Source: Amoebidium appalachense (Eukaryota; Protista; Ichthyosporea). From it: DNA of 64,000 nucleotides. The notes under the pieces are model-generated. The model was not told the origin of the DNA, did not search any database, and worked only from the letters and a program-made list of their open reading frames with translations. Position 1 is the stretch's first letter. Each line of letters begins with the position of its first letter. A program made the position numbers and the translations under genes. This document shows positions 38,940-63,716 of this stretch, one piece after another. The stretch covers positions 5,215,502 to 5,279,501 of the forward strand of contig CAVNZM010000015.1 in assembly GCA_963693365.1 (NCBI GenBank). Reading direction: 5' to 3'.

Positions 38940-41859
38940 AGTTTCTTTCTAATGTTTTTACTTTTGTATATTACCCACCATCTATGTCGGTTGTCGAATT
39001 GACTCACGAGTTGTCACAGTTACCAATGTCCACTGTTATTTTAGGTGATTTTAACACGCGACTCCACCACACAGACACACTGCAAGTGAGTGTCGGGTAC
39101 CCATCTAAGCCCCCGGAGCGTGCTATCCCTTTAGCAAGGTATGTCCAAAGTCACACTTTGCGGTTCCCTCAAATATCCCATGCCCACAACACCGACTGGG
39201 GAGTGGCCTTTTGGCCATCAACCATGTCAAAACTCTCTCTCCCTCCTAACCTCTCTAGGTCATCTGACCACTCTCCTATCCTTTTCCTACCTAAGATCTC
39301 CCTTGATCTGCTCCCCCCTCCCCCTCCCACCTTTCGCCTCCGTCTATCCCAGCTTAAGTCACAGTGGGGTAGAGTTGATGTATGTGTATGCTATGCTACG
39401 AAACACCCTATATATATGCGCCTATTAGAATCTGCACAAGCCAGGCCAGATTCACATCTCGTACTAGATACATGCACTAACTTTATTGTTGATGATTTGA
39501 TAGATCTCGGTGATTATGCTGGCGGTGGTAGGAAGGAATATCCCGATGCTCTCTTGTTACCAAACACCACTCCCGCTAGACTAGGTGAACCCCTGTCTCA
39601 AAAGGAAAGCTTGCGCCGGCTTGCTAGTATGAATCGATTTGGCCCCCCTGCTCGTATTATTGGTGATACCACTGGAGACCCCCTCATAGACTCTGATAAG
39701 TATTTCTCGGAACTGTTTAAAGATAGGACCCCCGCTCAGAAACCTATTGTGTGGCCTGTAGACCCATCTATCCCCATAGAATCGATCCTCCCCTTTTTCA
39801 GTCCCGATGCCATATGGTCTGTGATATCTAGTTATAGCTCTAGTAAGTCTTGTGGACCTGATGGACTCCCTGCTGGGTTTCTTAAAATCCTTGTTCCCTC
39901 CTACCCACAAAAGGAAAGTGATCGTGCTATTAAACCTGATCTTACTATCATGTTAAGCTCTCTCTTTTCTTGGTGTGTTAAATGTGGACATGTCCCGTCA
40001 TCTTGGTTAGATACCTTAGTGATCCCCATAGTTAAGAAGGACTCTGAGGGCCCCATATCATCCTTTCGCCCCATTACACTAACCCAGGTTGTTCGTAGAT
40101 TCTTTGAAGCTTGCTTACTTAGGTTATTTGCACATCACCCTAGGTTTCAATCTATTCTTCACATACACCCATGCCAATCCGCTTTTCGTAAAAACAATTC
40201 ATGTTATGTTCAAATAATGGCACTGCACGATTCTATGCAAGTTGGTGCACAATATGTTGGCTTTATTGATTGGAAAACTGCTTACGATTCTGTCTCCCCT
40301 GGTCTCCTATGGGAAAAGCTTGCTGCACGGGGTGTACCACACTGCATTGGTGTTCTGTTAGAAGCACTCTTGTCTCAAACCTATGGTAGAGCTGTGGTTA
40401 ATGGGCATCTTTCATATGGTTTTGCTCGTACTAGAGGTCTCTTGCAGGGTTCATTGCTTAGCCCCTTTTTGTTTAACCTATTTATAGATGATTTGGCTGT
40501 CAAGATTTACGCCGAAAACGATGACCCTATTAATAACTTTCCGCCTGCACTTCTCTATGCTGATGATCTGTCCCTCCTTGCCCGTACCCCTAGACGCCTG
40601 CAAAGATTGTTCGATGTAGTGTCAGAGTGGTGCAAGGCAAACCTTATGATCCTTAACATAGACAAATGTGGTGTTCTTGTACCTGATATAGCTAACAATT
40701 TACACACATTTACATTATCATCTAAACCTGTACCTATAGTTCCAGAATACAAATATCTTGGTGTTCCGGTTGATTCTGTTGGTGTTATGTTTCCCCATAT
40801 GGTCGAAAAGAGGGTAGAGTTGGCTCGTAAGCGGTTAGCTTTCTTCTCGGCTAATATTTTTAAAGACACACCCCTCCATCCTTCTATTAGACTTACATTT
40901 ATTCGCACTTTTGTCTTCCCGGCATGTGAATATGGTTTACCCCTTCTCGCCGCTTGGATCAAGAAAGAGAGAACTAGAGCGCTTAAACCCTTGGCAAATT
41001 TCCTTGAAGCAGAAGTTGCCTCCTTTCTATCTAACAACTGTTGTAAACCTGGGCCTGTAACGCTCTCGATATATGGTCTGGTCCCAATAGCTGCTAGAGT
41101 ATCCTATCTCGCGCTGAAATTCAATAAGCACATAAGCCGCTTAAAGAAGTATTTGCCCTCCCACCCTCTCTTCTCTATCCGACCTGTCCCCTCCTCACCT
41201 CTCCCCTCTTTCCTCCCCTCTCTCTCCCCTTCTCCCCTGGGCACAAATACAAATAAACCCCGCAATAGTGTGTGTGTGACTTTGGACTGCCACTTACTTA
41301 TTAAACATGTACACAATCACAAGATAATCACGCAATATAACAAATGGAAAAAGATACCACACGACACTAGACCCGATGAAAGCATACACCTTGAAAAACT
41401 AAGCCTTATGTCTCGTTTTATATATACTGACCGCCTCAACCATATTGCCAAATATGGCACTCGCAAGTGTATAACACCTAAATACATATTACCTTCCTGT
41501 AGAACTGGTCTTTCTCTAGCTGATGGTATTATTGATCAATTACCACGCTTTTACTGTACACGTGCTATACAGTGGAGATCTAATAAGTATAAGGTGGCAT
41601 CATTTGCATGCCCAAACAACACACACACACACCAGTTTAACCGGTCATGTATCGCCAAATGTAGTTTGATAGACCACATAATACCGCAACACACACACGT
41701 CACATTCACAACAGACACCCAGAAAGATAGCCTACCTGTAAATTACAACATCCTTGATTTTATACTAAACACGCGTAACTACGACCTGTTTATTAGATGT
41801 ATTGATTGGCTTGAGAAACACATCACTACAAAATTATAGCGCACGCGCACACACACACA

Positions 41860-41908
<49 letters not shown>

Positions 41909-41940
41909 CCAGCTGATACCGAGTGTCCCGAGGGGAGCCC

Positions 41941-41980
<40 letters not shown>
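38940..41980 (+). mobile_element. Non-LTR retrotransposon (LINE), 5'-truncated: partial APE endonuclease, uninterrupted RT, Cys-containing C-terminus, poly-A tail
   Basis: YYPPS, VILGDFN, SDHSPI (APE C-half); KSCGPDG, FRPITL, QSAFR, FIDWKTAYDSV, GLLQGSLLSPFLF, LLYADD, YKYLGV; stop at 41839; A36 at 41945-41980. Confidence 0.95.
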
Positions 41981-41981
<1 letters not shown>

Positions 41982-42398
41982 GGGGAACCCCAACTAATTG
42001 ATTTCTCCTTGTAGTCTTTATGGTGTCTCGTAGAGAAAGTAAACCCTGATATATAGTCACCACCCGACATCTATGTACGTGATCATGATATACCGCTGAG
42101 GGGATATTCCGAGCAAAACCCCCCCCCCCATACCTGAGACTGGTTCTCTTTGCCTCGAGTAAACAGCGTAAACCCCCCAAACATATATGGAAGGCATGGC
42201 AAGGCATGTACTCGGACGTCGTTTTTCCGGGAATTTTCCCCATAATAATTGCTCAAGATGTTCTGCTACCTAGAGAAGAATAAGAAAAATAGCCTATAAA
42301 ATTTTCAAACTTGTACGTATAGTAGACATTTTTATTTTGGGTGCTTGGAACGTGGTCAGGCTCCGCGGCCTCGAAAAACTAAAAACGACTCTTTGTGG

Positions 42399-42764
42399 TG
42401 AGTCACGGTGACGTCATTACAGCAGGTTTCCATTGGATCAACTAAAAACCCACTTTGATGTCTGATTGGTTGATGATCATAGATTCCCAAGCATACCATC
42501 GTTAATGTTATTCCATACTGCGCAGTCAGTAGCAATGGAAAACTAGGTCGATTGTCACCATAATACTGTTTTTGCTGTACGATATAATGCAAACTACCCG
42601 TGCTTTTTCTATCCGTAAAGGTCATAATGCATGGACAAAAAAGCTTGGGAATGTGTAACAGTTGCATTGTTGACATCGGTGTACAATCGGAGATTACAGA
42701 AAGACCAATCAGACAATATATACAATCTGATTGGATTGACTGCTTTCACCGACAGTTATATATA
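42399..42764 (+). promoter_or_regulatory. Putative promoter of CYSTM gene 1 (AP-1-like, CRE, CCAAT boxes, TATA)
   Basis: TGAGTCA 42399, TGACGTCA 42409, ATTGG near 42465 and 42730, CCAAT 42705, TATATATA 42757. Confidence 0.5.
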
Positions 42765-42975
42765 GAGCATTTCAATCTTCATTTTCTCATCACTCAAACA
42801 CTTCGAAACCACTAGCTCGATCAAACACATACACAACAGAAAAACCAGCAAAACGCGACAACGCAGCATTTCGCGGCAACAATTCCCGACACCAAAACTC
42901 ATAATCCAACACATTGAAGTATAAGAAAGCACTATCACATCCTTTTTTCACTCTGAACTTTCACCAATCTTTAAA

Positions 42976-43293
42976 ATGACGAAGCACCACACCGCCCCCA
43001 ATGTCAACAATGCCCACTACCTGCCACCCACCGCCCCACCCCAGTACCAGTACCAGTACCAGCAACCCCCACCCCCCCAGGGACCATACTACGGGACACC
43101 CGCATATGTCAGCCAGCAACCGCCCAGCGCATGCATGGGCCAGCCTGTTGTTTTTGTCAACAACTCGCCGAAACAGGAGAGGGTAGAGAGGGTGGTGGTG
43201 GTGGAGGAGCGGAGACATGATGATGATGGGTGCTGCTGTGGTTGTCTGTGTGGATGTCTTAGCGCCCTGTGCTGCTGCTGCCTGTGCAATTGA
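42976..43293 (+). CDS. CYSTM-family cysteine-rich tail-anchored protein (105 aa, intronless)
   Basis: P/Q/Y-rich N-terminus, then VVVVEERRHDDDGCCCGCLCGCLSALCCCCLCN. Confidence 0.88.
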   Translation: MTKHHTAPNVNNAHYLPPTAPPQYQYQYQQPPPPQGPYYGTPAYVSQQPPSACMGQPVVFVNNSPKQERVERVVVVEERRHDDDGCCCGCLCGCLSALCCCCLCN

Positions 43294-44087
43294 CAAATGG
43301 TGGATGCTAATGTGTTTTGTATTAGTAGCACATGTACACCAACATAAAGTGCTAAGTTGGAATCCGGAAAACGGTAATTCAACCAATGACATGTACAGAG
43401 CCATGTACAGTGTCTGTTTCGTTACCTTATTGCATCTATGAAGGGTTAAATCTTGTGGGCCGTGCAGGACACGGCTTTGTATTGTATATAATGTCTATTA
43501 TTTACCATTGGATAACACCTAGGGCGCGGGCGCCGTTCATTGTATAAATGCCATGGTTTTTCGTCAGTCAATAAAAACTACCGTATTTTTGAACACAAGC
43601 TCGGAGTCTATGAGCCACTGCTGCAACCGCGGCAATGAACCTGGGACATAACCCCGGATGATACGAGCAAACTCATTAATGGCATCTTTTTTGCAACACT
43701 CACAAAATGGATACACTTACACACATACGCGCACGGTGGGGAACCCACACATGCTCTTGCAAGCACACAGGCACAAGTGTCATGTACGAGTACACTGTAC
43801 AGACATGCATCATACGTGCACACACACACACACACACACACACAAATAAAAGCCCAAAAACACACATAGATACACAAAAATACACGTGCACGCACACTCA
43901 CACCACACATGCACGCACGTGTGCAGCAACCGTACATTAGGGGGCAACTTACAATACACCCACATGTAAACACATGGCGGCATGCACGCCCACGCACACA
44001 TAGGAGGCAACGTACACATGCAGCGGTCCTACTACTGCGCTGACCCACACTACACACGCGTGTGCGCGCACGCACACACGCACACAC

Positions 44088-44146
<59 letters not shown>

Positions 44147-44674
44147 GGGCAATATATTAGCCGAGGCTCCCTCGCGTCATTATTTTCCTAGTGCTCGCCA
44201 CACCCACGCAATGCTATCATGATGACAGGGTTTTCATCATCATCCGCCCACTTGCTATTTCAGTGGGGCCAAGTTGCTCAATCTGGTTTCAATATTACAT
44301 AAAATTCACGACGAAAAAAATATTTTTTCTTTGGTTCATTGATAGTAATGATTCACTGCCTCCCTCCCCATCCCCCCCCCCCCCCCCCCCCCCCCCCCCA
44401 CCAACACCACCACCAAGCATCCCCCCCCCCCCCCCCCCCCCCCCCCATCCGCCGACCTCTCCCCCTCCCCCCCCTCAACCCCCGCGCCCACCACCACCAC
44501 CACAACTACCAGCACCAAAGAAAAAAACAAAAAAAACAACGGAGGTCAGAAAAACAAAATAAAAACCACTCCACGTGTACACGCACATAATTAGTGTGTA
44601 ATTGGTCTGTGTCTTGCTTCAGTCATTCCTTACCCACCCTCGTACACAATTTGTTTCCCCCCTAATCCCCCCCT

Positions 44675-44713
<39 letters not shown>

Positions 44714-45076
44714 AAAAATAAAATAAGAAAAAGAAAAAGAAAAAAAAGAAAAGAAACACCTGCTACGTCGCCGACCAGGGGCAATTTCGGGATATCAAAT
44801 ATTGTAAGCCTACCCACAACGTTTCTTTAACCGTAGCACAGATTCACCACGATTCTCTTCTAGCAGATGGTGTGCCAACAATGATTTCAACAGTGCTATC
44901 ATATCATAGTGGCAGTACGAAAATAATCCTCAAGTTTCTATCATAGTATTCCGATAATGATCCTAACATTTCTATCATGGCATATATTGTGTACGGTAGT
45001 GCCAGTATCTGAGCCATATCATATAGTGACAGGGTGTCAAGCAGTGCAAGTCATCGCCCGTGCACATACGCATAAA

Positions 45077-45110
<34 letters not shown>

Positions 45111-45734
45111 TCCCCTCCCCCCCAAACACTCCCCTCCCCACTCCCTCCCCCCACCCCCCTTCCCTCCCCTGTCCTCCCCCCTTTCCTTCCTCCTCCCCCC
45201 CTTCCCCCCCTCCCCCCCAAACCTCACCCCGGCATCCCCCCCCCCCCCCCCCTCCCCCCCACATGTGAAAAAGGAAAAGTCTGCACCGGGTGATTTTGAG
45301 CTAGTTGTCTCCCCAGATTCTCAAGGCAAACCCATGTAGTGTTGAGCGATATGGAGTTATGGTTTCTGTACTTGGGGCCCTGGTCCAAAACCTTCAAATA
45401 ATCTACAGGAAAGCTCCTCTAGGCCACTAGTATCACCACCGACTCTTAACATTAACACTGAACCCCCCTCCCCCCCTCCCCCCCCCCCCCCCCCCCCCCG
45501 CTGTTTCCTCAAAAAGGGTGTGGTTTTGGGGGACTGAAGGCACAGTTTTCATTGGTGGCACTAAAGAAACTAAAAAGAGTAATACCATCAGACTCTTAAG
45601 ATAGTTATGTGCTAGGATACCAACACCCACTTTTCAGACTAGAACTAACCAAGTTAACCCGTAATTACTGTTTAGCACATTAATAATTTCCTTTCATTGC
45701 AGAAAAAAGCCCGGTGAAATATTTTTCTGTACAC

Positions 45735-45772
<38 letters not shown>

Positions 45773-46203
45773 CCCCTCACCCCCACACTCCCACCCCCCA
45801 CTCCCCTTTCCCCACTAGTGTCCCACCTCTCCCCTCCGCCACCCCCTCCCCCCCCCTCAACGCCAGAAAGGGGGCCCGTTATGGGAAGAGAAGGACGAGA
45901 GCGAGAGAGAGAGAGGGGGGGGGGGGGGGGGGGAGAGGGGGGAGGGGGGGCAGAAAACACACCCTACAGTCTGAGGACCTTTTGATTCCACATGTGATTT
46001 CCGGTCATGTGCTTAGTAGTAGGTAGCTCCTTCTGATTGGCTCGGAGCCATGTGACTAACCACGTGGTGTACTGCGTGTCTGGTGGTGTAGGGGTTGGGG
46101 TGGGAGTGGGGGGAGGGGAGGGCAAAGGGGTGGGGGGGGGGGAGGTGGGGGGGGGGGGAAAGGGGAACCAAAAATGCACAAACTCTCACGGTCACACACA
46201 CAC

Positions 46204-46254
<51 letters not shown>

Positions 46255-47196
46255 CACGCACGCACGTCACGCACGCACGCACGCACGCACGTACGCACAC
46301 ACGCATGCGCGCGCGCACGCACATACACACACACACACACGCACGCACGCACGCACATTCACACACACGCACACACACACACACACACACGCACTGTACA
46401 CAATGCAACCACATGCTGAGTTGCGCAAGTGTTGTTCTTGATTTCCAAAATTTGTGTTCAAGAGTCCATTTGATTCTTGTATGGAAATTACTCCTTTTGG
46501 TGCCTGTAGATACATACACACACTCTAAAACAGCCGATCTGGCCCATGCAGGAGTGCCTAGGAATTAGGTATGGGTGTCCTTCCACGTGTGTGATACTTC
46601 GCCATTTATAATTTTTAAGGTTAAAAGTTCGGCACACTGAAGTTCCGCTTCACTGGTAACAAGGTATCGAGCTTTCTGCTTGCGCAAGCTCAGTGTGGGG
46701 ATTCTCATTCGAAAACTGTTTCAAAAAGTTAGTTAGGTTGTGTGCGTATGTGTGTGTTATGTCGGTGTGTGCATATGTGTGTGTGTGTGTGTGTATCTGT
46801 CTGTTGCCCCGGGGGAGGGGGAGAGGGGGTGGGGGTGGGGGGCTGAGGGGGAGGGGGGAGGGCGGGGGGAAAGGGGGGGGAGGGGGGGGGGGGGGGAAGG
46901 GGGGAGGGCGAGAGGGGGAGGGGAGGGTGTGTGTGTGGGGGGGGAGGGGGGGGAGGGGAGGGGGGGGGGGGGGGTTTCCGAAACTAGTTAGGCTTTTTTT
47001 TTAGGCTTAAACAACACCACAATGCACCACACACCTACTTGAATCAGATGGAGCATCGTGACGGGCCAAACTTGTCTTTTGTTTGTTAATAAGTGTTTGC
47101 ATTGTCACTACATGTGGGGGCTTTATTGAGGTGGTGTACATACGGCATGGCAAGTGGGGTCCGCGCAAATACATATTTCAGTATCTTTACCTGTCC

Positions 47197-47227
<31 letters not shown>

Positions 47228-47404
47228 AAAAAAGAAAAAGAAAAAGAAAAAAAGAAAAGCAAAAAACAATAAAAAATAAATTATTGAAAAGATAACCTAT
47301 GATAAATAAAAAATCCCAAGCCGATCCACTGTACACACCCCATCTCATCTCAGAAAAAGGGATATGTGTGAACATGTCACCGGGTGTGTGTGTACGCGCG
47401 TGCG

Positions 47405-47457
<53 letters not shown>

Positions 47458-48470
47458 CGTGCGTGTGTGTGTGTGGATGGGTGTATGGGGAGAGGGGGGG
47501 GGGGGGAGGGGGGGAGGGGGGAGGGGATGGGAGGAAGGGAAGGGGGCCGGGGGGGTGGGGGAGGAAGGAAGGGAGGAAGGGAGAAAGTGTGGAAGAGGGG
47601 CTGGGGTGGGCGGAGGGAAGGGAGGGAGAAAAAAAAAGGGGGGGGGGGGGGGAGGGGAGGGGGAAGGGGGGGGGGGGGGGGGAGGATCGGTTACAAAAGG
47701 ATAGTGCTTCCCTGGTTACTTTTTTCTTCTGCCCCGGCTAACAAACTAGGAGCCTCAGTATAAGTATGGATTCTAGGTGACCATACCCCAGATTCATTTT
47801 TTGTCAGTACCGTTTGATTAGGAACGCCATATCATGAAATGGCAATACCGCTATTTTTTATATGGGTACCAGCCCCCGTGAGCCTAATATCCACATCTTT
47901 TCTGAATTTACCTGTTACAACAAGTTTGAATATTTATGGTGAACCCTTCATGTATCGGCTTTCTTATTTATTTTTGTTTTTCTGTATGATATCTCGCTTT
48001 TTAGGTTATTGAGGAGAGGATCGATATCAACTTGACATAATCATTATGTTCTACATATGAGAGTTACTTCGAGATTTAACAGTGGTGTGTGTATTCACAG
48101 AGTCGTGGTATTTAACTCCAGAAAATAACGTGTATGCCAAATATTGAAATATTGGACTCAAACCTCCAGCGAATGATGTCATCGTGTTAGTTTATTAGTA
48201 AGAAGTTCGTAACAAACGTTAAATTTTAAAAAACTGTTTCACACCCAACACTGGACTTATTATACCTTAAACGCCTCAGAGCTAGAGATTTTTTTTTACG
48301 GTGGCTCCTATCACACATCACATTAAAGAAAAATCCATGAATAATTTTATTAGTAAACTGATAAGTAGGTATGTAACTGTATATCACTAGTCCGAAGCTT
48401 CGAGTTATGGAATTCAACTCATGAATCAGATAGCTTACAGTACCCATAAAGCTTCGGATATGTTTTAAAA

Positions 48471-48809
48471 TTAGTCGAGCAGGCAGCAGCACAGCATGGC
48501 CGTCAGACAACCACACAGGCAGCCACAGCACACGTCATCATCATCATCATGCCTCCTCTCCTCCACCACCACCACCTGGGGCTGCTGTTTTGTCTCCACA
48601 ACCACAGGGCCACCGTGGCAGTGATGGTGTTGTTGGGTGGGTGGGTAGGGCTGGTAGTAGGGGTTTTGGGATGGTGGGTAGGCGTCACATGGTTGCTGGT
48701 TGATGTAAGCGGGCGCGTAGCCTGGCGCGGGCTGGGGTGGGTAGGCAGGGGAGGCGTAGTTGTATTGGGGTGTGTGGTTGGGATCGTAGGGTTGGTAGGG
48801 GGCAGCCAT
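48471..48809 (-). CDS. CYSTM-family cysteine-rich tail-anchored protein (112 aa, intronless), paralogue of 42976
   Basis: ATG at 48809 (MAAPYQPY...), C-terminus VVVVEERRHDDDDDVCCGCLCGCLTAMLCCCLLD. Confidence 0.88.
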   Translation of the reverse strand: MAAPYQPYDPNHTPQYNYASPAYPPQPAPGYAPAYINQQPCDAYPPSQNPYYQPYPPTQQHHHCHGGPVVVETKQQPQVVVVEERRHDDDDDVCCGCLCGCLTAMLCCCLLD

Positions 48810-49031
48810 TTTTTGACTCGCGCGTCTGAATATTCCCGGATTATACAAGCTATTAGATGTATGAGTTCAGAGTTGGGACGGAATTGGTGGTGCGGGACGG
48901 CGTGTAGTGCACGTATGGACGTATGAATGCAGAATTTAGGCAACGCGCACCATAATAATGATTGTGTTCACTATGCCGGGGGGCCGAATACGGAGAGGTA
49001 ATCTAGCTGAGGTAATCGTGATTTGACCGAG

Positions 49032-49349
49032 TTTATATAGGCAAGCTGAAACCTCAATATCCAATCAGAACTTAAAACTACTCTGATTGGTTACTTTGTT
49101 CCGGGAAACCCCAATACATCCTGCGCAATAAAGAAAAAAAAAACTAATATAGGGAAATGCACTAACCGTAGGTCTTCTTCTTTCGTCTTGTTTGTTTTCT
49201 TCCCTCCAGCATGCATTTATTTTCAGTGTAAATACAAATAAGTTCCATCATATTCTCATTTCTCACCATATTCACTTCATAATTTTTGGTTGTGTGAACA
49301 CCATCTACCAATCGCTAGCAGCGAGTGCTCATACAGATCTATGACGTCA
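49032..49349 (-). promoter_or_regulatory. Putative promoter of CYSTM gene 2 (TATA, CCAAT boxes, CRE)
   Basis: CCTATATAAA on the minus strand at 49032-49041, CCAAT/ATTGG at 49061, 49086, 49111, TGACGTCA at 49342. Confidence 0.5.
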
Positions 49350-50269
49350 TTCAGATGCCGGAATGTAAACAAACGAAAGTCGGACTGGCGCGGCCGGGTG
49401 ACGGACGGCCGGCGCCGCTATGCGTAGCGCTGTAGCTATGTGTGGGTGGGTGGGTGGGTGGGTGCGTGGGTGGGTGGTGGTGGTGGTGGTGGTGGAGGGG
49501 GGGGGAGTGGGGGGCATATCGACGTACATATTCAGGACGGCCCGATCATGGTTGACAATCTGGTGGTGGTGTGCGCACGGTGTGTCCCAGTGTGTGCTTG
49601 TGCGTGTGCGTGCGTCACAGTGACGCTTACGGTGTGCGTGTGTGCGCGCGCACTGTGTGGGGCCACACAGTGTGTCAGTGTCACGGTGCCACTGTATGCG
49701 TGTGAGTGCGCCGGTTGTGACCGTTGTGTTTGTGTGTACATGTGTGTGTGTTCGTGAGTGTGCACGTGCGCGTGTCATGGTGTGCGGGAGGGGTTGTTGC
49801 GGCTGCCGCAGTGTGGTTCAAGTCAGTTTACTAAACAAACTGAGTCACGTGACACGGCAACACTGTCGTTGGCCATAGTAAGCCCCGAGTCAGTAAGCGT
49901 GCGAGTGATTCACCGGAGAAGGTGGGAAGGGGCCGCGGGGGAGGGAAAACGGGAGGGGAACTCGTGAGGGGTGAAAGCCTGGCCAAGGTTCAGCCGCGGG
50001 CCCCGGGAGATCTCAGTCCTCGGTCTCCGTTGGCTCGAAGTTGCCTGCGACTGTCTGTGCGGACATGCATGTGCGCCTTGTGTGCCTTGGTCACACTTTG
50101 CCGAAACTAAATGGCCAGGAAGCCAAGGTTGTTGGTAAACATCCGTGACCACCAGAGGTCCGGGTGCCTGGAGGGGAGAGAGAGAGAGCGAGAGTCGGAG
50201 ACTCGGAGGGGGGGGGGAGGGGGGGAGGGGGGAAGAGAGAGAGAGAGACTCGAAAGGGGGGGGGGGGGG

Positions 50270-50306
<37 letters not shown>

Positions 50307-50474
50307 ACTCTCGGGGGGGGGGGGGGGGGGGGGGGAGAGAGAGAGAGGGAGAGAGTCGGAGACAGAAAGGCGGGGTAAGGGGAAAAAACTTGAAGAAAGA
50401 AGGCCGAGAGATAAGAAAGACTGAGAGAGATAGGGAGAGAGGGAGGGGGGGTCGGGGACAAAGAGAGAGAAAGA

Positions 50475-50531
<57 letters not shown>

Positions 50532-50692
50532 TTACGGAAAGGAGGGGGGGAGAGGGGGGGGGGGGGGGGACGGACCGTGCGGAAGGGAGGGAGGGGGTAA
50601 CGGGATAGAGAGATAGAACAGATAGAGAGGGGAAAAGAGGGAGGGAGAGAGAGGGGGACGGAGAGAGGGAGGGATGGAGGGAGGGAGGGAGG

Positions 50693-50748
<56 letters not shown>

Positions 50749-50877
50749 CTTGGGGGGAGAGAGAGGGGGTGGGAGAGAGAGACAGAGAGAGAGAGACTCT
50801 CTCGGGGAGAGAGCCTCGAGAGACTCTGAGAGAGAGAGAGAGAGAGAGAGAGAGACTCGGAGAGAGAGAAAGAGAGA

Positions 50878-50908
<31 letters not shown>

Positions 50909-51779
50909 AGTGAGAGTGGAGAGAGCCGAGAGAGAGATATTGAGAGAGAGGGGGGGCGGGGGGGCAGGGGGGGGGAGAGAGCGAGAGAGAGAGTGAGAGC
51001 GAGAAAGAGAGAGAAGACACCCGAGAAAAAGAAAAAGGGGGAGGGGCCCGGATTGAAAGGATTGAATTGCATCCTATTGTGCTCATTCATGACTTACTAA
51101 GCCGTGTTGGGCCCACAACAACTGTTGGCAAAAAAAACCAAGAAAGAAGAAGAAGAAGGAGAGGAAAAAAAAAGAAAGGCAAAAATAAATTAAAAGGGAA
51201 ATTTTTTGTCCTGCACAGATCTAGCCCGGGCTCTTGCTGGCGTTGCCGCATGCCGGCATTGCCGGGTGATCACGATCCCCGGGTGCTTTGATGACATCAT
51301 TCCCTGGGTGTTACATTACAGTGAATAAGGGGCAACAAAACTTCGGGAGCTGCCTACGTAGTTTCCAGCCTAGGGGAATATACACTTTTTATATTTTATT
51401 TAATCAGGCACGTGATAATATGATTTTTGAGAATAAAAACTTGTTCTATAAGAACTGCTAAAAGAGGATGCACTGCCTACACCTGGTGCTATGTCGTATC
51501 AAATAGGTTTTGTAGACCGGCAGTGAAGCCTGGCGCCATCTGGACGCGGGCCGTGCTCACGCGTACCATTAGCGGTTCGATCACGGCGGGCGGCGGCTAG
51601 AGGTGCTTCTAGATGGCCGTGCGGTTCGATTCATTACATACAGCAGCAACGATTCGGGTCGAAAAGACTAACGCAAGAGACGGTGTGATTTACATATTAA
51701 TGCTCGGTCATTCAATTGCGAACATAAAATCCCATGTTTTTCCAAGAAAAAAACATTCATTGTTTATCTTACATAGTAC

Positions 51780-52160
51780 TTGTCTTATATTTTGTATTAC
51801 AGCAACTACATTGCCTCCCTCGATGCCGAAGCCAAACGGGAATGGCAGGCAGGGGGGGAACGAGCTGCACAGGGTCTTAATCTTGAGTATTTCGGATACA
51901 AAAAGGTTAAGAAAATAGCACAAATGTGTGTGATAGAGGATGACGTGCTTTATAATGTGGCTAAGGATGGTCGTCGTCGCCTGTATGTGCCCGAAATCCT
52001 TCGTGCTGATTTATTAAGAAGTGTGCACGACGGGGGGGCTCATACTGGTATTGAACGAACTTACGAAAGATTATACAATTATTATTGGCCACGCATGCAC
52101 AAAGATATCACTGCTTATTAATGTTGCACATGCACTCATGAACGTAATTTGCTATATACG
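51780..52160 (+). pseudogene. Retroviral-type integrase zinc-binding (H2C2) fragment, Gypsy or Ginger-like
   Basis: EDDVLY...RRRLYVPEILRADLLRSVHDGGAHTGIERTYERLYNYYWPRMHKDITAY*CCTC; no catalytic core follows. Confidence 0.8.
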
Positions 52161-52782
52161 CGGCCCCCTTCGTATACCACACTACAGCACTCTCTGTGCG
52201 TAGCGACTAGATATATGCCACCGATTCGGGTCTTTAAACGGGTCGCAACCTATCAGTAGTTCATTTCGCTGGTCTTGATCCACCAGCAGGCCAAATACCT
52301 GCTTGATACAAAGAGACTACTGGCATTTAAGGCGTAATCTATACTTTTAAACAGCTTATCCATGTGTAAACTTATACGTTGAGAAACAGAGGATACACAC
52401 ACGCGCTTCGTTACAATACCGTCTTTGGACCCGAATTTTCTGCAAACAGGCTTTTTGGTGAACGCGAAAAATTTCTATATAGTTTTTTTATTACTAACGT
52501 ATTTTTGTGGCTAAAAAACAATAAAAAAAGTAGGAATATACTTTAAACTCATAGTGTGCATTGACAACCCTTACGTTAGGCTCAGTTTGATGTCTTAGCT
52601 TCTCTCACCACCTAACTCAATTCTAAATGTTACTCCTTATGATTGTATTTTATAACCACGGCAGGGGGTCTGAAGCGTGTAGTGCCTTTACACGATAAAG
52701 CTTTTTGTAGCACTTTTGTAGAAGGGCAGACAACTCCACTATAGTATAAGCACAACAGCCTCATTGTCTGCACCTTATAAAC

Positions 52783-63716
<10,934 letters not shown>

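Noticed and set aside
44161-44192. Helitron 3' end (CGAGG/CCTCG hairpin then CTAG|T)
   Set aside because: Stem of only 5 bp, no 5' end or second copy identified.
49910-50168. Minus-strand terminal exon (APGPLVVTDV...)
   Set aside because: No recognisable domain and no upstream exons found.
51220-51290. Zn2Cys6 exon for the ERT1-like gene (ACRHCR)
   Set aside because: Only one CxxC; the remaining cysteines of the cluster are absent.
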